Below, in pieces: positions 1 to 6,901 of a stretch of 64,000 nt of DNA (position 1 is its first letter; the number at the start of each line of letters is the position of its first letter). The stretch is from IMG/VR virus record IMGVR_UViG_2974731583_000001, positions 1 to 64,000 of that record, one strand, 5' to 3'. Source of the stretch: a virus (Duplodnaviria > Caudoviricetes). The notes beneath the pieces are model-generated. The model saw only the letters and a list, made by a program, of their open reading frames with translations. It made no database searches and was not told the DNA's origin. Made by a program: the position numbers and the translations under genes.

Positions 1-1
1 G

Positions 2-75
2 TGGACCAGCTAGGGCTTGAACCTAGGACCTCCAGATTATGAGTCTGTTGCTCTAACCAACTGAGCTACAAGTCC
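2..75 (-). tRNA. tRNA with CAU anticodon, probably tRNA-Ile2 (lysidine type) rather than Met
   Basis: Minus strand GGACTTGTAGCTCAGTTGGTTAGAGC...GACTCATAATC...GGTTCAAGCC...GGTCCA folds as a cloverleaf. The GACTCATAATC anticodon arm resembles bacterial Ile2 tRNAs. Confidence 0.9.
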
Positions 76-188
76 TTATTAGATGATTGCCACATTAAAA
101 ACACTAACCGCGTTTCACAACGAAGTTAGTGGTCGTAGCAAATAACAGAAGATTTTAATAAATGGGGTTTGGCTTAATAAAAGTTTTG

Positions 189-257
189 TGCGTCTTATGA
201 GGCTCAAACTCATATCTACACACAAGTGTGTTGTGTTATCAGTTACACTAAAGACGC
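189..257 (-). ncRNA. tRNA-like element with a 4-nt anticodon loop (non-decoding tRNA or processing signal)
   Basis: Acceptor GCGTCTT/AAGACGC+A, D stem GTGT/ACAC, T stem ATGAG/CTCAT. The anticodon arm is ACACA-CTTG-TGTGT, a 4-nt loop instead of 7. Confidence 0.75.
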
Positions 258-520
258 TGGCACTTAGGTAGCCTTCACCGACTTTACGCTGCCTCCTGGA
301 GGCCCGTATAGTCTACAACGTTAATGTTGCCAGTTATATATAGTCAATACGCTTAATGTATTTACTTCCACCAACAATCAAACCCAAATCGCGCCCGTTT
401 TCGGTTCGGTTGTTTTTACATCTCGCGGTAGAACCGAAAATGTCATGGATGGTTCCTCGTGCACTGCGAACGTGGACGTGGAGGGATTCGAACCCTCGTC
501 TTGCTGGTATAACTCATACG
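258..520 (-). ncRNA. ssrA: Circularly permuted (two-piece) tmRNA: acceptor piece ~520-473, intervening segment 472-397, coding piece 396-~258
   Basis: The 3' module GACGAGGGTTCGAATCCCTCCACGTCCA precedes the 5' module GGGCGCGATTTGGGTTTGA. Together they form an acceptor stem with G3.U70 and A73. Helix TTGTTGGT/ACCAGCAA joins the two pieces. The tag frame 331-284 follows ATATAACT and reads GNINVVDYTGLQEAA-TAA. Confidence 0.88.
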
Positions 521-573
521 CGTAATTGAATTCTTGTAGGTATAATGTTGATCGGACAAAATACCTTAAATAA

Positions 574-669
574 GGCCATTTAAAGCCTCTCTGACGCATT
601 TCTTATGGTGTTGTGGGTAGCTAATCCACTTCATCACTTGAAACGCATTAGAGAGGCTTATTTTTAGCC
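574..669. repeat. ~95-nt imperfect palindrome, similar to 42481-42574
   Basis: Arms AAGCCTCTCTGACGCATTT and AAACGCATTAGAGAGGCTT surround an inner GTGG...CCAC hairpin. Confidence 0.6.
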
Positions 670-980
670 TTTAAATACATACTTTACTCGCGTGACTCTG
701 AGGCTCTTGCGAAGCATGCTACGTTTTTGATATATCGTGTGGATTATAAATAATCCGACTCAATGGTTCAGCACGACAAAATTGATCTAACGGTGTATAG
801 TTTTACTTCCGTACACACAGAAGGTTTGTTCCACGTGGCTCTAAGGCTCTTGCGTTAACGTTAATTCGTTAATGTTTACACGGTAATACTCTGTCGCCCC
901 TGCGAGTTCTTCTTACCCAAGTGTAAACCTCACATATGGTTCTAAGACTCGATGTGGTGAACATAGAATTGTACCTGGGT

Positions 981-1436
981 TTAATAATCCCATTCACAAC
1001 GATACTGCCACTGGCCAGTGTATGAGCGACGTAACTCGTTCATATTCTTAGTCAATTCATCATCAGCCTTCGACATAGCGTCGGCTTTCTCTTTTGCGGC
1101 GTCTTTGCGCAGGTTTTTGTACTCCGATGGAGTGATCTTTCCACCGAGCAACTGGTCTAAGAGATCCTTACTCTTAGCGAGTGCTGCTTTGGTGATCTTC
1201 TCCTCGGCACGACGTGCACGTAAGTTGATCAGCTCTTTGGTGTTGATGTACTTAGCACACATGATGGCGTCTTTAGCCTCTCTTTTGCGTGCTTCGTCCT
1301 GCTCCTTCTCAATTTCGTCCAGAGCGGCCGATACATTCTTGTCCTTGAGCAGGTTACCAGCTTTAACCTGTTCAACTACGTTTTCTTCGTTAACTACTAC
1401 TTCCTGTGTCTTGTTGTTTTTTGTTTTTTCTGCCAT
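981..1436 (-). CDS. Hypothetical coiled-coil protein
   Basis: 151-aa K/E/A-rich helical ORF with a TTATCAAAATG start context and TAA stop. Confidence 0.85.
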   Translation of the reverse strand: MAEKTKNNKTQEVVVNEENVVEQVKAGNLLKDKNVSAALDEIEKEQDEARKREAKDAIMCAKYINTKELINLRARRAEEKITKAALAKSKDLLDQLLGGKITPSEYKNLRKDAAKEKADAMSKADDELTKNMNELRRSYTGQWQYRCEWDY

Positions 1437-1466
1437 TTTGATAACGGTTTTAAATTGTTTAACATA

Positions 1467-1604
1467 TTATTTAACTCTGCTATAATAGCCAAGTTCTTCT
1501 TCGTACATTGCGTTTTTGTGTTTAACGTTACGCACGTACGGTCTTGCGTTTGCGTGTCTTAATTTTTCAGGATTACACGCATACTTTTTAACACCCGAAT
1601 ACAT
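1467..1604 (-). CDS. Small basic hypothetical protein (45 aa, not in ORF track)
   Basis: MYSGVKKYACNPEKLRHANARPYVRNVKHKNAMYEEELGYYSRVK fills the gap between co-oriented genes. Confidence 0.5.
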   Translation of the reverse strand: MYSGVKKYACNPEKLRHANARPYVRNVKHKNAMYEEELGYYSRVK

Positions 1605-2109
1605 AATCTAGCGGATTTATTTCAGTGTTGCGGACCTGATTGATTGCTGCGATGATTGTTGGTGTAATGCCGTATTTTACACATAACGTCGAGTCTGTGT
1701 TTATGACATTATTGCACAGTATTTCTACCGCAGTAATCAGTTCTTTATCGCACTGATTTTGTCTTGCGTTAGCTACTGCTGTTATCAACGCTAGGGTGAA
1801 ACTAACAATGTTTCTGTCAGGTCCCACAAGTGTATCCGCAAAGCGCATACCTATATAGGTAAGTGCTTTATCTACTGGGCTTTCGGCGATTTTTGCCGGT
1901 ACTTTTACGTTCAGACTGGCTTTCTTTACAGCCAATCCGCTTATCAACAGTTCTTCAGCTTCTTTCGCTGTTATCAACGAAATAGCTGCTTTTTTGTTAC
2001 CAGATATTACTCCAGATTTTTCAATTACTGACATAATATCAGCAACGTCCTTATCAGAGATTGGTTTTCCGAAGTATGCAATGACAATTCTTTGTCCGTC
2101 CATAGTCAT
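1588..2109 (-). CDS. Hypothetical protein
   Basis: 173-aa ORF coupled to the upstream gene by an ATGA overlap. Confidence 0.8.
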   Translation of the reverse strand: MTMDGQRIVIAYFGKPISDKDVADIMSVIEKSGVISGNKKAAISLITAKEAEELLISGLAVKKASLNVKVPAKIAESPVDKALTYIGMRFADTLVGPDRNIVSFTLALITAVANARQNQCDKELITAVEILCNNVINTDSTLCVKYGITPTIIAAINQVRNTEINPLDYVFGC

Positions 2110-2585
2110 TTAGTTTTTTTAGGATAGAGAATTGTGTCATGTACAATTGCGGAATCGCATCGCGCAGATACAGGTGGGTAATCTTCTATTTTATTTCCAT
2201 TACTATCTTCTGCTTGATGTGCTACATCTGGTATGTTGTCATAGATTTCAGGATGCGTGAAATATTCTCTTGTGAATGTTTCAAGAGTACAACATCCGTC
2301 TCTGTCTATAACAGTTTTTGCAATGGTACGAACTACATTCTCGTTCAATTCCATGAGTGTGTACTCATAGTTAGCCTTGTCCATTGCGTGAAGTTTATAC
2401 TTCACAATTTCAGGCACAGTATTAAATACTGGGGTAGCAGCGCTATCTACAGCATCCAATACTTCTTGTTTTGTGAGCATTCCCTTTGGGTTAATTACTC
2501 CTGTGCGCATTCCGCCCACAATAACACACGTTGCTAACAATGTAGATGCTACGAGTGTTACAACAAAAGTTGCTAATTTTTCCAT
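2106..2585 (-). CDS. Hypothetical protein with N-terminal membrane anchor
   Basis: Hydrophobic N-terminus (LATFVVTLVASTLLATCVIVGG) and ATTATCAAAATG start context. Confidence 0.85.
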   Translation of the reverse strand: MEKLATFVVTLVASTLLATCVIVGGMRTGVINPKGMLTKQEVLDAVDSAATPVFNTVPEIVKYKLHAMDKANYEYTLMELNENVVRTIAKTVIDRDGCCTLETFTREYFTHPEIYDNIPDVAHQAEDSNGNKIEDYPPVSARCDSAIVHDTILYPKKTK

Positions 2586-2977
2586 TTTGATAATGTTTTT
2601 AATTTAAAAATTTGTTAATTATCCGTTTTAGGTACGGAAACCTTATATAGATAGAGAGTGTGTATCAGCATACACATTAACAGCTCCTCCTTTCCCCGTG
2701 TTAGGTTATCTGTTAGAGTTGTACTTGTCCACACTCTCAATTATTTCTTACAAAAACAACGGCGTGTTTCGCAACAGACCGTTGTTCGACATAACGCTTT
2801 ACGTCTTTTTTGCTTATGGTCAAACATCTAAATCATAACTAAAATACATAAAAGAAGCATTATACCTTCTCATCATTCGTACTTACGTACTTGCGGGCTT
2901 GAAGTTTCCGCTTTAGCTGATTTCTATATAATGTTTATACACCCCGACTAGTTCAGGGCTAGTCGAGGTGTGCTAAG

Positions 2978-3163
2978 TTATGCTCGTTTAAGCAATATGG
3001 ATGTTTCATAACAGGACAATCGTGATTTACCTGTTTTTTGATTAATGGTGCCAGGACATGCAAAATCGTTTTCGAATGCGCATCCTTTGCAGCCATTCGT
3101 TCTTTTATGTGCTCTGTAGAGTATATTGTTTATTCTACAGATTTGTCCGGGTTTCAGTTTCAT
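2978..3163 (-). CDS. Small Cys-rich hypothetical protein
   Basis: 61 aa with GCKGCAF and further Cys residues. Confidence 0.65.
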   Translation of the reverse strand: MKLKPGQICRINNILYRAHKRTNGCKGCAFENDFACPGTINQKTGKSRLSCYETSILLKRA

Positions 3164-3626
3164 CGTATACAGATGCTATGTGTTGGTTTAATTCCAATTT
3201 TATTAGCAATTCTTTAGATGGGAATCTATTAACTTTTGCGTGTGCAAAGTGATTGTCTTTTATACGTACTATTCGCATCACTCTTTCGTATGTAAAGTAA
3301 TGTTTTTCTCTAGTGCGGAAGTTTTGTATACATACCAGGTCATATACACTTTCTGGTAGTTTATCCCACATAGAGTCTACTTTATGTACAATGAATTGTG
3401 CGTTGTTGTTAACTGCTTTGTTAATTGCTTCAACACTAGCACAAACATGACATACTTTACACAGATATACTCGTTTTTTCGATATTATTTCGAGTTCCTG
3501 AGTAACATCTGCAAGATCTCTTGCATACACACAATGTTTTGTAGTTGCTAATACTACATAATACGCTCCAAGAATAATTCCTGTTGGAGTCTTTTTGCGA
3601 ATAACGCATCCTTTCTCTAAAATCAT
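3135..3626 (-). CDS. Hypothetical protein; ends in TAG, and readthrough would add ~10 aa
   Basis: 163-aa ORF in a packed leftward run. Confidence 0.7.
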   Translation of the reverse strand: MILEKGCVIRKKTPTGIILGAYYVVLATTKHCVYARDLADVTQELEIISKKRVYLCKVCHVCASVEAINKAVNNNAQFIVHKVDSMWDKLPESVYDLVCIQNFRTREKHYFTYERVMRIVRIKDNHFAHAKVNRFPSKELLIKLELNQHIASVYDETETRTNL

Positions 3627-4003
3627 TTTATTATGTACTTTGGTTTAACTTTTATTATAGATTGTATTTGTCCATTCCGTAATTTGATTCCAAGAGAAGG
3701 TGACAGATTGTGTTTTTTACACAATTGTAGATAAGCGTATACGCTTTCAGACACAGGAATAATATCTGAGATATCCTGTTTTTTGCTATTGTAAACCGCA
3801 TATGTTCTTGGTTTTCCAGAAGGACTTTTCTGAGATATCAAGGATTCAATGCAATTTGAATAGCATACGATGGTGTCAATTTTTGCAATACGTTTTTGTG
3901 CTGATATTCTTCCTAAGAACATACCAAAAAACATAAATGCAATAATTAATGCAAGCCATATCCAGGCCATTACATTAACTTTCTTTTCTTCTTCTTCGTT
4001 CAT
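3623..4003 (-). CDS. Hypothetical membrane-anchored protein
   Basis: N-terminal TM segment (VMAWIWLALIIAFMFFGMFLG) and ATTATCAAAATG start context. Confidence 0.8.
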   Translation of the reverse strand: MNEEEEKKVNVMAWIWLALIIAFMFFGMFLGRISAQKRIAKIDTIVCYSNCIESLISQKSPSGKPRTYAVYNSKKQDISDIIPVSESVYAYLQLCKKHNLSPSLGIKLRNGQIQSIIKVKPKYIIK

Positions 4004-4058
4004 TTTGATAATGCATTATTTTTCTTCAAGACATTAATCCTGCTTGAAGTTCAGGATA

Positions 4059-4277
4059 TTATTGAGTCACTAAGAAGTGACCGTTGAGTTCCAGCCCCAA
4101 TTTAGACATATTGTCTTTAATCGACGCTATCAATACTTTTGCACTATTTGTAGTTGCATTTTTACAAAACAACATGGTTGAAGTGCCCTCTTTGTACCAA
4201 ATCCGTTTTCGTTGATTTGGATCACCAGACCCAGGATTCTTTTTCCTGGGCTGGTGTACGTGGTTAGCGGTTTGCAT
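4059..4277 (-). CDS. Hypothetical protein
   Basis: 72-aa ORF overlapping the upstream stop. Confidence 0.65.
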   Translation of the reverse strand: MQTANHVHQPRKKNPGSGDPNQRKRIWYKEGTSTMLFCKNATTNSAKVLIASIKDNMSKLGLELNGHFLVTQ

Positions 4278-4680
4278 TGCGGAATTTCTTCATGACGTCC
4301 ATACTTTCCTGTTTCATGTATGACCAGGTAGCAAGAACGAGAGTTATTCTGTCTGCAACATACTCACACGATTCAGCAAACTTTACAATTGCTTCTACAC
4401 TGGTATTTGTAACAGGCATTGTAAATGTTGCTTGTATGGCATACGGCCATTCTTTCTTAGAGTGTATGTTTCTGTTTTCTGCCAGACACACGCTATCCAA
4501 GAATGGACATAACTTTTTGGCATCTGCAAGAGTTCTATCCGTAAAATATGGATAGGCTACAGGCCAATTTACTTTTGTGAGATTGTGAGTTGTAAGTTGT
4601 ACCTTACAATCAACGATTGCCACATTAGTGAGGTTTTTTACTACATGATGTACCATGTTTACACCGGATTGTTCTTCCAT
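4264..4680 (-). CDS. Hypothetical protein
   Basis: 138-aa ORF with ATTATCAAAATG start context. Confidence 0.8.
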   Translation of the reverse strand: MEEQSGVNMVHHVVKNLTNVAIVDCKVQLTTHNLTKVNWPVAYPYFTDRTLADAKKLCPFLDSVCLAENRNIHSKKEWPYAIQATFTMPVTNTSVEAIVKFAESCEYVADRITLVLATWSYMKQESMDVMKKFRNANR

Positions 4681-4850
4681 TTTGATAATGTTTTTTAATT
4701 TAAACCGTAGACCATTTAACTCTGCTACGGTATCAGAGCTTTAGAGATAGGAATCACCACACAAAGAGCCATGTTAAGGTTACAACGGTGATACATACAA
4801 CGACTATTTTAATGGCTGCGTTTTCTATACACGCTGACCATTTTTCTACA

Positions 4851-5108
4851 TCAAAGTCCATTTTCAAGTTCGTTGATTCTGTACTTTGACGTTTTGATGT
4901 CGCTCCAAATCTGGGAATCATCTGGTGAGATACCATATTCTTTTATGATATACTCATAGTTTCCTACTAGAATTGGGTATTCCTCTGACAACTCCTGCAA
5001 TGTTTCTTTACGAATTTCATCACACTTGATTTTGTTGTCCATGAAGCCTATTATTATGGCTTCAACCATTACTGCTACAAATAGCACCGATACACCGATC
5101 TTTTTCAT
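4851..5108 (-). CDS. Small membrane-anchored hypothetical protein
   Basis: N-terminal hydrophobic helix; ATGA overlap with the upstream gene. Confidence 0.7.
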   Translation of the reverse strand: MKKIGVSVLFVAVMVEAIIIGFMDNKIKCDEIRKETLQELSEEYPILVGNYEYIIKEYGISPDDSQIWSDIKTSKYRINELENGL

Positions 5109-5290
5109 TTGTGATAAACGATGGTTAAAATTATGAAACTAATTGTTAGAACCCATGTTAATGCTGCATAAGTATATGCTAATGCTGCACACATATGATT
5201 TCTTTTTGGGTATTTTTCAACCCATTTCGTGAGTACGCATGCGTATATCACGAACATTAAATCAACTACTATGAGAATTACGCTATTCAT
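5105..5290 (-). CDS. Small two-TM membrane protein
   Basis: 61 aa with two hydrophobic segments. Confidence 0.7.
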   Translation of the reverse strand: MNSVILIVVDLMFVIYACVLTKWVEKYPKRNHMCAALAYTYAALTWVLTISFIILTIVYHK

Positions 5291-5501
5291 ATATAATATA
5301 TATTTAGATATTGATTATCGAATATTATCTAACAAAAAACAGACCTATTCTCACGAACCAGTCTGCTAAATCGTAACGTTGGGAATTGCTTGTATGTAAA
5401 ACCAAATAAAAGTACTAATTAAAAACAAGCCTACCCTCACGGGCAAGCCTGTTTAGAGTCATGAGCATTTATTAAATAAATTTATTTTTAGGATTACGCT
5501 T

Positions 5502-5554
5502 AATCCCGACACGTACGTGTTTCGTCTTAATTTTCAAAGACTCATCAGGGGATT
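5502..5554 (-). ncRNA. Hammerhead ribozyme, type I
   Basis: AATCCC-CTGATGA-GTCTT(TGAAAATT)AAGAC-GAAA-CACGTACGTG-TC-GGGATT. The core is complete, all three stems form, and the GUC cleavage triplet is at 5510-5508. Confidence 0.92.
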
Positions 5555-5626
5555 TTTAAAAATGCTTGTCTAATTCCAAGCTGCCAATCACTCTTTATAG
5601 CTGTGATTATTCTATTTTCGTCTATA

Positions 5627-5908
5627 CTATTCATCATCTTTTACTTTATGAAATCCATCAAAAGCATCGATTTTGAAAAGTATTTCAAAGTTCGGGCTAA
5701 GTCTCTTTCCATCAATAGCAGAATAAACTTCTTTTTGTTGCTCTATAACAACTGTAAGAAGTTCTTCTTTTGCATATTTTTTGTAAAGTTTCTTAGCTTC
5801 AGAAATCGCTTGAGATTTAGACAAATAAATGCCATAATTCTCATACATGAAAGGTGGATAATCCCACCTTTCAAGTGCGTATCTTACGATAAATATTGGT
5901 ACTTTCAT
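5627..5908 (-). CDS. Hypothetical protein
   Basis: 93-aa ORF co-oriented with its neighbours. Confidence 0.7.
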   Translation of the reverse strand: MKVPIFIVRYALERWDYPPFMYENYGIYLSKSQAISEAKKLYKKYAKEELLTVVIEQQKEVYSAIDGKRLSPNFEILFKIDAFDGFHKVKDDE

Positions 5909-5914
5909 AACTAT

Positions 5915-6112
5915 TTATTTAGGTAGCCAACATTGTCCGTAAATACTCCAGACGTAATTATCTTCCATATTTGAAGATAAATCTAATGATTCGCCGAACA
6001 AATCATCATCATTGTCACGAGTTCTAGCCTTGCTAAATTCCTCGTACTGTTCTTTTGTCATTCCCATTGCTGTATTTATTTTAGGAATTGATGTGGATTT
6101 TACAGATTCCAC
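5915..6112 (-). CDS. Small acidic hypothetical protein
   Basis: 65-aa ORF; start codon uncertain. Confidence 0.55.
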   Translation of the reverse strand: MESVKSTSIPKINTAMGMTKEQYEEFSKARTRDNDDDLFGESLDLSSNMEDNYVWSIYGQCWLPK

Positions 6113-6471
6113 TTACTGCGTTTTTATACTAGTTTCTTCTCTAGGTTTTGTGTTTTACACCTAAAACTCACATTGGACTATAAAATAAGAAATTGCCGAT
6201 AACTAGTGGCATGATATTACTTGTGAGTTATCTCGAGTTAGCGTGTGTTACTGTCTCGAGTTCTCTACAAAACCCTTAATAAGGGGAATTTCTTATAATA
6301 TACATAAAGTAAGAAAAACTACGGCGTCCTCAACATCTTGGAAATACTGAAACTAAGGAAGGTTTGATTACTTTTAAGTGTTATACATAACACTCATCCT
6401 GCTGTTGTTACAAACAGCGACCTGATTAATGCTCTTAGCCAATATCTTTTATATTGAGTTTTTTTAAATTT

Positions 6472-6843
6472 GCTCGTCTTTCCAAGCTGCCAACACTTAG
6501 ACACTCCTAGTGATTAACCAAGTTTAGTTTTAACTCCTATGTCATAGAGCCTCTCTTTGTTTAATAGCCTGTGAGAGTCAGACCTCTGTCTTTCCAGAGT
6601 GTCAATTTTACGATACCAATGTCAAATACTTTGATAAGACTATTAGTTTCAGCATAAGCTTACTTATCTCCTAAACCACGTAACGGTTGTCTTTATCTTA
6701 GGAGTTACCTGTCTATTCCAGGTTGTCAACACGTTTGACTTATTTTAAATCACGTTGTGTGTTGTGATTGGCTCTAAGATTCGGCTACACTCTCACTTAT
6801 TTATACACGAGAGAGTCGTGTACCTGTCTTTTCAGGCTGCCAA
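6472..6843 (-). repeat. Array of four TTGRCA + 5-bp stem + (G/A)AA(n)AGA-loop hairpins; a fifth copy lies at 5564-5587
   Basis: Copies at 6472-6493, 6584-6605, 6707-6729 and 6822-6843 have covarying stems. Confidence 0.85.
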
Positions 6844-6852
6844 TCTTCTGTA

Positions 6853-6901
6853 TCACAGACACAGGTGTTATCCTGTGTTTCGTCCAGTCTCATCAGTGTG
6901 A
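6853..6901 (-). ncRNA. Hammerhead ribozyme, type I, minimal stem II
   Basis: TCACA-CTGATGA-GACTGGAC-GAAA-CACAGG(ATAACA)CCTGTG-TC-TGTGA, with GUC at 6860-6858. Confidence 0.85.

Noticed and set aside
397-472. HDV-like (theta) ribozyme after the tmRNA acceptor piece or after the suppressor tRNA
   Set aside because: I could not build the nested double pseudoknot on the sense strand. The TCCTCGT word is antisense here, and the suppressor tRNA trailer is unstructured A/T.
378-599. 73-aa minus-strand ORF in the track
   Set aside because: It overlaps the tmRNA acceptor piece and intervening segment, and the RNA structure explains the sequence better.
3135-3137. TAG as proof that early genes use the standard code
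   Set aside because: Readthrough adds only ~10 residues before a TAA, so this single case is uninformative.
6472-6843. TTGACA/TTGGCA read as sigma70 -35 boxes
   Set aside because: There is no -10 hexamer at 16-18 nt, and the following bases form a covarying hairpin.
6472-6843. CRISPR array
   Set aside because: The repeats are conserved in structure rather than sequence, the spacers are ~90-100 nt, and no cas genes are present.
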